From Candidatus Falkowbacteria bacterium (GTDB lineage: Bacteria > Patescibacteriota > Patescibacteriia > UBA11705 > JABHMO01), in contig JACRNX010000031.1 of NCBI GenBank assembly GCA_016214755.1, positions 18,020 through 82,019 of the forward strand: 64,000 nt of DNA. The letters are read 5' to 3'. The position numbers and the translations under genes are program-made. Positions within the stretch are counted from its first letter, which is position 1; each line of letters starts with the position of its first letter. Positions 26,149 to 35,223 of this stretch are shown here, piece by piece. The notes under the pieces are model-generated. The model was not told the origin of the DNA and did no database searches. It was given only the letters and a program-made list of their open reading frames with translations.

Positions 26149-28044
26149 TTATTTAATGGATTTTGACCCCGCTGAACTAATTTTCCCAGCGTAAAAATAG
26201 ACAAAACGGTTTTTCATTGGAATCAAAACTTTTTCAAAATATTCAATCATTATTTGTCCATCTTTCGGCCTCCTCGGCATATAATACACGCCGATTTCTC
26301 TGGATGGAATTTCGTTTAATGAGACAACCTTTCCGATTGAAAATAAATTGGCCAATTCTGACGCTTTTTCAGACGGCATATCCGCGGAAATGCCAATTAT
26401 CATCGTATTAGCCGAGCCATAAGTTTCATCGTAATCCCAATGATTTTTCAAATTAGGAAAAGCGTATTCGCGAAGTGGCATTGGGCCGTCAATAATGACT
26501 TTTGCCGGCAAATAGTAATAATCGCTGAAATCGAAATATAAAGCACGATTCTTCGCATTTTGTTGCGACCATTCAATTAAATTGCGATAGGCGCCATATT
26601 CAGGCCGGCGCGCCGGCGTGATAATTTCGCGATTAACTTGGAAAGAAACAGACAACAACGCGAAGATAGTCAAATAAATTAAGACGCTGATTTTTCTTCT
26701 GTCGCTTATCAAATGATTATCTGCGATAAACATGCCAATGATGGCGAAAAACGGCGCCATCAGGCCATAACGCGCGTATGGTTCGCATTCAATTCTAAAA
26801 AAAACAAATAAATACATTAAAAAATATATGGCTAACAATTTTAAAACGAATCGTTTAGCTTCAGTTTGCTCGCGATACCACTGTCGTATTTTCGCGAAAC
26901 GAAACGCGCTCCAACTTTTACGCGAAAAAACATTCAATCCGACGAAAACAAATGATAATAGCAAAAGTAATGCCACTTGAGTAATAAAACCAACGGCCGC
27001 TAATTGATAGCGGTACCAATTATTGTCGCCGTGCAAGGTTGACCAGCGCGTCCATTTTAACCCTAATGCCTCGCGCGCCTTGACAAAATTTTCAGGCAAC
27101 GGAGGAACAACGCTGGTGGTTAAATCGCTTAACATGTTCGGGACGAGACCATGCAAATTCAAATGAAATTGCGTTTTCCCCAGCGAAGCGAGCGTAATTA
27201 TTTGCCACGTTTTAAACCAAGTTTTCGTGTAACGAATTATATGTGAAAATCCTGTTTCTGTCGTTCGAAGTTTGTCATATTCTTTTGAGTAATAATAGAC
27301 CTGCGCCATCTGCAAGAAACCGCCGACGATCGCCAATAAGAGCAGCAGAGCGACAACCTTCTTCCGCTGCCAGCGGGAAATAAGCAAGATAAAACTTACG
27401 GCCAAAGCGAAAACAATGCCGAAGAAATGAATCGCGGACAATAAAAACAACGCGACAGCGGCCATAATTAAATTAAAAATCTGGAAACCGGCTAATAATT
27501 TTGAGGCGTGATACAAAGAGACGCAAAATAATAAAATCAAAAGCGGCATCCAGCGGCTGACTTCGAGATAACTGAAAATCGGCCAAGATAAAAAGAATAA
27601 AAGGCAAATTACGCGCGCGCTGGATTTTTTTTCCGGGAAAATTAAAATTAATAGACGATAGAGAGAATAAAAAGCCAAGCAATTAATTAATATCATCAGT
27701 AATTTTGAGCAAACGAGAAACACGAAAGTGTTATTTAAATTTAAAAACCAAGAAATGCATTTTAATGGCGCGAGATAAAAAAATTGAAAAAGATTACTGA
27801 CGGAAGTGTAAATATAATCATAGCCGTTGACTGGCGCCGATGCCAACGGCGCGGCCAGATTTGACAAATCATTTAAACGCAGAAAAGTCGAGCGCAAGGT
27901 TAAATCAAACCAATGATAATCCGGCGCGTACTCTTCATAATTAAATGGGTGGGGAAATCGGAAAGCAAGCGAAACGGAAATCGCGATTATTATAATGATA
28001 ATCGTCGCCAGCCAAATTTTTTCTAATTTCAAAAACTTATTCAT
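26149..28044 (-). CDS. GT-C-like polytopic membrane protein (putative lipid-linked sugar transferase)
   Basis: An acidic EEY.PD loop after TM1, many TMs, RY motifs and a soluble C-terminus. It lies near a DPM-synthase-like GT2. Confidence 0.55.
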   Translation of the reverse strand: MNKFLKLEKIWLATIIIIIIAISVSLAFRFPHPFNYEEYAPDYHWFDLTLRSTFLRLNDLSNLAAPLASAPVNGYDYIYTSVSNLFQFFYLAPLKCISWFLNLNNTFVFLVCSKLLMILINCLAFYSLYRLLILIFPEKKSSARVICLLFFLSWPIFSYLEVSRWMPLLILLFCVSLYHASKLLAGFQIFNLIMAAVALFLLSAIHFFGIVFALAVSFILLISRWQRKKVVALLLLLAIVGGFLQMAQVYYYSKEYDKLRTTETGFSHIIRYTKTWFKTWQIITLASLGKTQFHLNLHGLVPNMLSDLTTSVVPPLPENFVKAREALGLKWTRWSTLHGDNNWYRYQLAAVGFITQVALLLLLSFVFVGLNVFSRKSWSAFRFAKIRQWYREQTEAKRFVLKLLAIYFLMYLFVFFRIECEPYARYGLMAPFFAIIGMFIADNHLISDRRKISVLIYLTIFALLSVSFQVNREIITPARRPEYGAYRNLIEWSQQNAKNRALYFDFSDYYYLPAKVIIDGPMPLREYAFPNLKNHWDYDETYGSANTMIIGISADMPSEKASELANLFSIGKVVSLNEIPSREIGVYYMPRRPKDGQIMIEYFEKVLIPMKNRFVYFYAGKISSAGSKSIK

Positions 28045-28678
28045 ATTCGTCGTCCTTTTTCCCTTTGGACAAATTTAGTTTAGATATAAAATGTAAATTT
28101 TTGTTAAAAAGAAAGCTTGTCAATCGCGGATAAATATTTAACTGATTGATTGTTTCTTGATTGACAAGATTATTTTTTTGAAATAGTAATTTCCATCTCT
28201 GACGCGACAAATAGTTAAAAGGCAGCGGTATATTGTAAAAATAATTGCCAATCCAGTCCATAAGACGGAGCCGGACAATGTCCCAGTGCGTTTCCGCGAA
28301 ATGATCCTTGATTAATAAAAATTGACGCGCGACTCGGCTACATTCAGCTAATAATTTTTCAGGCGATTCAACGTGATGAAGAACATCAACCAGCATAACA
28401 AAATCAAAAGAATCATTCGAGAACGGCAGGTTTTGTCCGTTAAATTCAACTACTTCTATTAACGTGCCTTTTCGGAGATTAATTTCCGCGCCTATTATAT
28501 TGACTGGCGGTTTTTGCGTTCGCATGCGATGGCTGATCTCGCCGGTGCCGCAGCCAACGTCCAGCCCGCTCATTCGCTGATTGTCCGGCAATAATCGGCA
28601 AAGATATCGCGAAATCGAGCGGACGCGGTACTGGTTGATAAAGCGTTGATGCAGTTTTTGACTGATTTTATTTATCAT
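28037..28678 (-). CDS. class I SAM-dependent methyltransferase
   Basis: Motifs LDVGCGTG, LPFSNDSFD and DVLHH. Start moved to ATG 28678 because the upstream extension covers a structured non-coding element. Confidence 0.9.
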   Translation of the reverse strand: MINKISQKLHQRFINQYRVRSISRYLCRLLPDNQRMSGLDVGCGTGEISHRMRTQKPPVNIIGAEINLRKGTLIEVVEFNGQNLPFSNDSFDFVMLVDVLHHVESPEKLLAECSRVARQFLLIKDHFAETHWDIVRLRLMDWIGNYFYNIPLPFNYLSRQRWKLLFQKNNLVNQETINQLNIYPRLTSFLFNKNLHFISKLNLSKGKKDDEYE

Positions 28679-28690
28679 CTTAAATAGTTT

Positions 28691-28840
28691 ATTATCAAGC
28701 GAGTGAGTGAAATGTCCCGCTTTGGCGGGATCATTTCCGAGCGAGCGCAGATAATACAGGTTCAATACCGCGTAGCCTTGCTACGAAATAAAATGGACGA
28801 AGCGAGTTCCTACAAATACCTCGGAACTCTGCTCCGAGGA
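28691..28840. repeat. structured intergenic palindromic element (MITE/PATE-like remnant or structured RNA)
   Basis: A long hairpin at 28691-28755, then two AATACC-headed hairpins: CGTAGC/GCTACG at 28771-28785 and CCTCGGA/TCCGAGG at 28819-28839. Confidence 0.55.
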
Positions 28841-28844
28841 ACCT

Positions 28845-29996
28845 TTATTTTTTCATTGACATGGCGGAAATAAACAACGAAGCGAAAACAACATTGCATC
28901 CAATGATAACGAGTGTCGCGGCGAAAGAAACCCATTCAGGATGCGGTAAAGGCATAAAGGACAATTTAATCCATTGGCTCACGCTCCAAGCGATTATCAC
29001 GGCGCCGCTTAAAAATAAACCGCTGCCACACATGATGCCTGTTTCCAGTTTAAAATATTTATAAAATTTTTCTAGAAACGTATTTTCTTTTTCAAAGCGT
29101 ATGCTCCACGAATAACTTTTCGCGTATAATCCAAGCAAAATGATTTGAAATCCAATAACGCTGAAAATCGTGGCGAAGATTGCCGTCACCGCGCCAAGAA
29201 ACGGGCCACGATAGAGAAACGGCACAATGATTAGACCAAGATGAATTAACAAGCCAGCGGCCAATAAAAATAAGCCGGGCAGGAAAAATACTTTATTCGG
29301 CAAATAAACAAGCATCAATCGCAAACTCCGCCAACCATCGCGAATTGTTCGTAATTTTGAATTCCCTTTTCTTAGCCCAAGCGAAATCGGAATTTCGATT
29401 ATTTTTAGGCCTGATTTCCAAGCATTGATCGCCAGTTCAAGATTAAATTCCATCCCTGGACTAATCGGAACGATTTGTTCGTAAGCTTTTCTGGTGAAAG
29501 CGCGATAGCCGCAATAAACATCAGTGTATTTAACGCCGAAAAAATAGTTTAACATCGTCGTAATCAGCGGATTACCTATAATTCTATGTGAAAACGTAAT
29601 ATTTTTCTTATCGTTCAAAGACAAATATCGGCTGCCGGTCACGAAATCATAACCATCCCGCAGTTTCGTTAGAAAAATCGGGATTTGCGTAAGGTCATAA
29701 GTGTCATCAGAATCAGCCATGATGATAAAATCACCTTTAGCGTTATTAAAACCGATTTTATAAGCATTGCCATAGCCGCGGCAGGGTTCGCGAACAACGC
29801 GCGCGCCCAACGATTCAGCGATTTCCACCGATTTATCTGTTGAACCATTATCGCAAACAACAATTTCTCCATTGAGATTTAATTTCTCGAAAGAAATTTT
29901 AATTTTTCTGATGCACTCGCCAATCGTCTCTTCTTCATTTAAGCACGGCATGACGACCGAGAGAAGCGGTTTTGAAGTTATGTTTTCTTCCGGCAT
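28845..29996 (-). CDS. GT2 polyprenol-phosphate glycosyltransferase (DPM synthase/GtrB-like) with C-terminal TMs
   Basis: Motifs MPCLNEE, DNGSTD, GYGNA, MADSDDTYD, GSRY and DVYCGYRAF, followed by four C-terminal TMs. Confidence 0.9.
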   Translation of the reverse strand: MPEENITSKPLLSVVMPCLNEEETIGECIRKIKISFEKLNLNGEIVVCDNGSTDKSVEIAESLGARVVREPCRGYGNAYKIGFNNAKGDFIIMADSDDTYDLTQIPIFLTKLRDGYDFVTGSRYLSLNDKKNITFSHRIIGNPLITTMLNYFFGVKYTDVYCGYRAFTRKAYEQIVPISPGMEFNLELAINAWKSGLKIIEIPISLGLRKGNSKLRTIRDGWRSLRLMLVYLPNKVFFLPGLFLLAAGLLIHLGLIIVPFLYRGPFLGAVTAIFATIFSVIGFQIILLGLYAKSYSWSIRFEKENTFLEKFYKYFKLETGIMCGSGLFLSGAVIIAWSVSQWIKLSFMPLPHPEWVSFAATLVIIGCNVVFASLFISAMSMKK

Positions 29997-29997
29997 T

Positions 29998-30903
29998 TTA
30001 TTTTTTTATTATGAAATTTATTATGCCTGTTTTTTTAAATATTTTCGCGATAAAGTTTATTGGAATGAAAACAATCAAAAGTAGATTGTAATATTTCGTT
30101 CTTCCATAGCGCAGTTTGCTCTTGAATAATTTAGTTGACTGAAAATAATTTTGCGCGGACAGCGCCCAGTGTGAAGTATTTAAATTATAAGTTATTTGAC
30201 AATTGTCAAAACCAGCTTGCTGAACTGTTAAGCTCAAAGACGCGGGCGTGAAATCGTACAAATGGCGGGGCGCGTGAAGTCCGCCCCAATATTTTTTAGA
30301 TAAAATAAAATCCCACGACGCGATGTTTGGCAGTTCGCCGATGACGTAACCGCCGGGCTTTAATTTTCTTTTCGCTTTTTTTAATAGTTCGACGGGCGAA
30401 GACACATGTTCAAGCAAATGGTCCATTATCACGAGATCGAAATAATCATCGGGGAAATCAGCGTTCTCAAAAGTGCCAATGTAAATACTTCGCCCTTCGC
30501 TAATGCCGACGTTCGCGATTTCACTGTTAAATTCAACGCCGACGAAATGCCAATTTGTCCTTTTCGCGAAATAATCCATGTAATGTCCGTCTCCACAGCC
30601 GATATCAAGTATCCGGGCATTGTCGCCAATCAACGATTTATAAAAAGCCAATCGTTTTTTTAATCGGAGACGCTGTAATGTATTAAAAATTTTTGATTTT
30701 ACGCGCGCGTAATTATAACCATGATATTCCTTCGGATAAGCTCTAAGTAATTCACCGGTCATGAGTTTCGGCTCGAGTTCGCCTAAGCCGCAGCGCGGGC
30801 ATTGGTAAAGCGAAAAAAATCCCGGGTATTCATATTCGAAATCCTGACAGTTGCTTTCAAGGCGAACCTGTTCATGATTACAGACAGGACAATTATTATT
30901 CAT
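29998..30903 (-). CDS. class I SAM methyltransferase with an N-terminal Zn ribbon
   Basis: Motifs CPVC...CPRC, LDIGCGDG, HLLEH and PRHLYDF. Confidence 0.9.
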   Translation of the reverse strand: MNNNCPVCNHEQVRLESNCQDFEYEYPGFFSLYQCPRCGLGELEPKLMTGELLRAYPKEYHGYNYARVKSKIFNTLQRLRLKKRLAFYKSLIGDNARILDIGCGDGHYMDYFAKRTNWHFVGVEFNSEIANVGISEGRSIYIGTFENADFPDDYFDLVIMDHLLEHVSSPVELLKKAKRKLKPGGYVIGELPNIASWDFILSKKYWGGLHAPRHLYDFTPASLSLTVQQAGFDNCQITYNLNTSHWALSAQNYFQSTKLFKSKLRYGRTKYYNLLLIVFIPINFIAKIFKKTGIINFIIKK

Positions 30904-30914
30904 AAAAAAGACGG

Positions 30915-31943
30915 CTATAAATTTCTATAATAAACCGGCGATTCGTTTGCTTGGTTTATTTTTTTTGTCACGCCATTTATGTAAGCGGCTTCTCCAGCCG
31001 GACGGCAGTATTTATAAGAAGTTTGAAAATATGAAAAGCGAGTCATCTCGCGCCATATATCCTTTATCTCTTCTTGGCGGATATTGCCGAAACTGACATG
31101 ATTTAGGGAACAACCCATGACATCGCCGTACGGCGAAAGGCAAAATTTTTCTCGGCCGGCCGGACATTGCGACCGGCCTTCATAATTCAAAGAAAAACAT
31201 AATCTCATCCGCGGATATTTTTTTATCAAAGCGTCGAGCTGGCGCCAGTCCTCGTCGCTTAATAACACGTCTTCGTTATTTTCCCAATTCCCTACTGGCA
31301 CGGCTGGCGCCGGATTTAGCAGTAGTCCGTTTATCGAAGCGAACTCGCAAATGTCAGCGAGGCGGTTAATGTTTTTATGGGTTATGGTAAAAGAAATCGC
31401 CGTCAATAAAGAATATTTTTTCGCGTATCCAATTACATTCATGGCTTTGTCGAAATGGCCTTGGACGCCCCTTAGTTCATCATTTTCTTCGGCTGTTAAT
31501 CCATCTAAACTGACTTGCAGATAATCAATCATTGATTCTTTAAGCCGGTGAACATCATTTTCGTTGACTGACAAACAATTTGTCAGTAAGCCGATAATCG
31601 TCTTCCGCGGCTGAAGCGCGGCGATGATTTCAAACAAATCCGGCCTCATGAAAGGCTCGCCGCCCGTGATAACAGCGCAAAACGCGTCTAAGCGCAAGCA
31701 TTTTTCCCAGAATAATTTTACTTCCTCGGGCTGAATAAGCGTTTTGCCGCCGCATTTTAATTTGCTGGAAAAACACATTTCGCATTTTGAATTGCAATCC
31801 GGCGTGATTTGAATCTCCACGTTGCGAAGAGGTTTTCGCTTAAGAAATTTGCTTTTTATCACGCCATTAACTAAGCGCTTTGCGGCCAGAGGTTTGCGTC
31901 GCAATAATTCACAATAAGAAATGATTTTTTTTATCGGCAACAT
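30915..31943 (-). CDS. radical SAM enzyme with SPASM/twitch domain
   Basis: Motifs CNSKCEMC, TGGEP, VSLDG and CPAG...GDVMGC...FGNI. Confidence 0.9.
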   Translation of the reverse strand: MLPIKKIISYCELLRRKPLAAKRLVNGVIKSKFLKRKPLRNVEIQITPDCNSKCEMCFSSKLKCGGKTLIQPEEVKLFWEKCLRLDAFCAVITGGEPFMRPDLFEIIAALQPRKTIIGLLTNCLSVNENDVHRLKESMIDYLQVSLDGLTAEENDELRGVQGHFDKAMNVIGYAKKYSLLTAISFTITHKNINRLADICEFASINGLLLNPAPAVPVGNWENNEDVLLSDEDWRQLDALIKKYPRMRLCFSLNYEGRSQCPAGREKFCLSPYGDVMGCSLNHVSFGNIRQEEIKDIWREMTRFSYFQTSYKYCRPAGEAAYINGVTKKINQANESPVYYRNL

Positions 31944-31962
31944 AATTCCGTAATCAGCTCTA

Positions 31963-32634
31963 TTATGTTTTTATAATCAGCATTAAATTACTCGTCATCG
32001 CGGCTAGTTTGAATTTTTTAACCGCTATGGACGCGCCAGCCGGGACTAAATTTAAAAATTTTTTCTTTGACAGCAGATTCAGATTTTCTTTATCGGCGAA
32101 AAAATTTTTTCCAAAAAGACGGCAAATAGCGCGGAACCAGGCGGACGGAAGCCAATGCGCGAGAGGAACCAGAGTGTGAAATTCCAAAGGAAACCAACGA
32201 TTTGGGGTTGAAACGCAAATGGTCTTTCCAACGCGGCACAACTCGCGCATGAACATTTTCTGATTTTCGTTATCGCCGACATGTTCAATGGTGGCAAAAC
32301 TGACTACCAGATCAAAACTATTATCCTTAAAAGGAAGCCGCCGGCCATCAGCTTGAATAAATTTCAACCCGGGAAAATCATGTTCCAAAAAACTCGCGTC
32401 TTGCGCGCCAACCGCGGTTATTTGATTGGCGAAAGGATATAATTTTTCAAAAAAATTACAATCAGCCCGCTCGTCAGAAGTCACGCCGACATCCAACACG
32501 GTCGCTCGCACTGAAGGATTCACGGTTGAAATTATCGTGTCAAACATCTGCCGGCGAACTTGCCATGAAATTTTTTCAATAATCCGATTAAGCCAAGGCT
32601 GGTACTGATGGTAATTGCTGTTGGTCTGGACCAT
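31963..32634 (-). CDS. class I SAM-dependent methyltransferase (type 11-like)
   Basis: Motifs VLDVG, ADGRRLPFKDNSFD, IEHVG and TPNRWFP. Confidence 0.88.
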   Translation of the reverse strand: MVQTNSNYHQYQPWLNRIIEKISWQVRRQMFDTIISTVNPSVRATVLDVGVTSDERADCNFFEKLYPFANQITAVGAQDASFLEHDFPGLKFIQADGRRLPFKDNSFDLVVSFATIEHVGDNENQKMFMRELCRVGKTICVSTPNRWFPLEFHTLVPLAHWLPSAWFRAICRLFGKNFFADKENLNLLSKKKFLNLVPAGASIAVKKFKLAAMTSNLMLIIKT

Positions 32635-32637
32635 AAT

Positions 32638-33606
32638 TTAGACAATGGACTTTTTTATTTCACTATCGCGCAAGAAACAGCCGTCGCAACCAGGAATCGT
32701 GTGCGCCAATCCGGCTTTATGTTTTTCGCGGATTTCGTTTAATCGCGTAGAATGCCACATATCAAAAATTGAAGCGTTTCTGACGTTGCCAAGCGCGATT
32801 AGTTTTTCCTCGTCATGATTGCACGGCAAAAAGGTCCCGTCCCACATCACGGCCGCTCTTTGCCATATTTGCGGGCAAGTCCAATCAGCGCTAATTCCAA
32901 GATGTTTATTTTTCATATCTTTAAAATCAAGGTAGGCGACCTCGTCAGCGCCGTTATCAAGCCAGAAATCCTTGTATTGCTCGTAAACGTCTTTCAATTC
33001 AGGCACGGCGACGGTTTGAATTCTTATTTTCGGATAATCAACTGACAGCGCTTTTTTTCTGGCGACAAGGTTACGTATATTTTGAACCACAATTTCAAAA
33101 TTTGAACCCACGCGATGCTTCTCATATATTTCCTTCGTGTATCCCTCGAAAGAAATTGAAATCCTGTCCAATCGAGCGTCAATCAATTTCCGCGCCATAT
33201 CGTCATTTAACAACAAACCATGCGAATTAAAATAAACATCAATTAATCCCCTGTCTTTCGCGTATCGAACAAATTCGTGAATTTGAGGATGAAGAAGCGG
33301 TTCGCCGCGGAAATTGAACTTAACGCCGCACAATCCTTTGTCCGCGCCTTCGTCAATAATTTTTTTAACTAAGTCGAAGGTTATAAATCCGCCGATGATT
33401 CTCTCTCTATTGTAGCAGAAAGTACACTTTAAGTTGCACGCGCTTGTTGATTCAATATCAATGAACAAAGGAAAACCCCCGACATAAAATGATTTTGGCC
33501 ACTCTTCCCAATGACGGCGATATTGCTTGAATTTTTCGTCATCCTTATCTAAAACGTTTTTTCCGCCCAAAGAATGAAAGTTCGAATTTACGCTGATTGT
33601 CGGCAT
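32638..33606 (-). CDS. radical SAM enzyme with twitch/SPASM domain
   Basis: Motifs CNLKCTFC, GEPLLHP and CPQIW...WDGTFLPC...LGNV...CDGC. Confidence 0.9.
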   Translation of the reverse strand: MPTISVNSNFHSLGGKNVLDKDDEKFKQYRRHWEEWPKSFYVGGFPLFIDIESTSACNLKCTFCYNRERIIGGFITFDLVKKIIDEGADKGLCGVKFNFRGEPLLHPQIHEFVRYAKDRGLIDVYFNSHGLLLNDDMARKLIDARLDRISISFEGYTKEIYEKHRVGSNFEIVVQNIRNLVARKKALSVDYPKIRIQTVAVPELKDVYEQYKDFWLDNGADEVAYLDFKDMKNKHLGISADWTCPQIWQRAAVMWDGTFLPCNHDEEKLIALGNVRNASIFDMWHSTRLNEIREKHKAGLAHTIPGCDGCFLRDSEIKKSIV

Positions 33607-33615
33607 AATATTTTA

Positions 33616-35223
33616 TTACATATCTATTTTGTCTGATGAAACGCCGCTCGGCGCCAACGGCGGCTTTTGATAAATTGATTTAATTTTCGCGAGAAACATT
33701 CGAACATAAAAAAGCGTTCTCGGGCGGTCAAAACCAACGGTCAGCCGCGGAACGAAGAAAACAAGTACGACGACGAAAGCGCAGTATAAAATTCCGGAAG
33801 GAAAAATAATCCAAACGCCTAAATCCAGCCCGAACAATGAAAATACTGTTTTAATAATAGTTTTTCCGACTGACATCGAAGCAAGCAATATCAAAACAGA
33901 AATGACTTGATGCCAGACAAATTCCCGATATTTTAATTTTAAATATCGGCAATTGAATAACAGTTGAATGTTGGTAGAAAAAATCACGACCAACACTCCG
34001 GCCATCGCCGCCCCAACCGCGCCCAAACCTAAACCCGGCAAGAAAAAATTTCGAGGCGCCACAAAAAAATAATTCGCGATAATGCCGACTAAAATAAAAC
34101 CAATGCCGATATTCCTGTACAGTTTCGTCCTTTCAGTTGAATAATAAACGGCGCCGTTCATTTGCGCGTATGTCTGATACATCGGATAAAAAGCCATGAT
34201 GGCGATCGGCAATATCGCTCCGCTAAATTCATCGCCGGCGAATAATCGCGTTATCTCCGGCGTGTGAAAAACGAAAAAAATCGCGAGCACGCTGGCTAAA
34301 AAATAAAATAATTTAGCGTTGTCTCGAAAAAGTTTTCGCATGGTTTCAAAATCAGAATTGCCATGCGCTTTGGAAAATTCGCTCATGAAAATCGGCACCA
34401 TTGAAACAGTAAAAATTAAACTGATTGAACTGATTTTATCGGATAAGCCGAAAAAACCTTGCTCCGTTGATCCGCCGACGACCTGCAAAAACCAACGCCC
34501 CCAAAGACCGGCCAAAAGAACTACCACTGAATACAAAAAAAGAGGCGAACTATATTGATAAAAATATCGCGTAAGCGCGGTCGCACTTTTTTTAAATTCC
34601 GTCCAGGAATATTCCGAATGGTCTGCGTCCTTAGCGCAGTAAATAATCGTGTAAACAACAAAGCCAATAGTTTCAAGAATGCAAAAAATAAGAAAAGTGG
34701 TAAGGTCAAGGTATTGGAAGATAAAAAGCGCGACCAAAACCAAAGTGAAAAATACGCGCACTTTTAAGCGAACTATTTCAGAAACAACGGTCAATCCCTT
34801 GGCGTCGGAATAACCAAAAACAATGTTACTAAGCCAAAGCAGCCAACCGAATAACGCGGCCAAATACACGTATTGCATTCGCTGGTCGGGAAAAAAAGTT
34901 TGCTCATAACCAAAAATATTCACTGCAACGATAAAGATTATCAAAATTATCGGAATCGCTAATGAATAAAGTGTGTAAAAAATTACCGCCGCGCCTGATT
35001 TACGATTTTTCGCGCTGTAATTTAAAAAAGCGTTAGACGTGCCTAATTCAAAGAAATTCGTGATCGAAGTAAAAATGCCGGACAAAAACGTAAAATCGCC
35101 ATAATGAGTCGGACCCAGCGCCCGCGGCACCAAGCTTACTTTTGCCGCGTATAAAAACAAACTGACAATACGGACGAACAGCTTGTAAAAATATCTTTTT
35201 TTTATTGAATCACTTCTTTCCAT
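33616..35223 (-). CDS. wzx: Wzx-type oligosaccharide flippase (MOP superfamily)
   Basis: Motifs PRALGPTHYG, EQGFFGLS and GLGAVGAA, with about 14 TMs. Confidence 0.85.
   Translation of the reverse strand: MERSDSIKKRYFYKLFVRIVSLFLYAAKVSLVPRALGPTHYGDFTFLSGIFTSITNFFELGTSNAFLNYSAKNRKSGAAVIFYTLYSLAIPIILIIFIVAVNIFGYEQTFFPDQRMQYVYLAALFGWLLWLSNIVFGYSDAKGLTVVSEIVRLKVRVFFTLVLVALFIFQYLDLTTFLIFCILETIGFVVYTIIYCAKDADHSEYSWTEFKKSATALTRYFYQYSSPLFLYSVVVLLAGLWGRWFLQVVGGSTEQGFFGLSDKISSISLIFTVSMVPIFMSEFSKAHGNSDFETMRKLFRDNAKLFYFLASVLAIFFVFHTPEITRLFAGDEFSGAILPIAIMAFYPMYQTYAQMNGAVYYSTERTKLYRNIGIGFILVGIIANYFFVAPRNFFLPGLGLGAVGAAMAGVLVVIFSTNIQLLFNCRYLKLKYREFVWHQVISVLILLASMSVGKTIIKTVFSLFGLDLGVWIIFPSGILYCAFVVVLVFFVPRLTVGFDRPRTLFYVRMFLAKIKSIYQKPPLAPSGVSSDKIDM

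Noticed and set aside
28679-28765. N-terminal extension of the methyltransferase given in the ORF track
   Set aside because: It starts at a non-ATG codon and spans the GC-rich palindromic element. ATG 28678 is the more plausible start.
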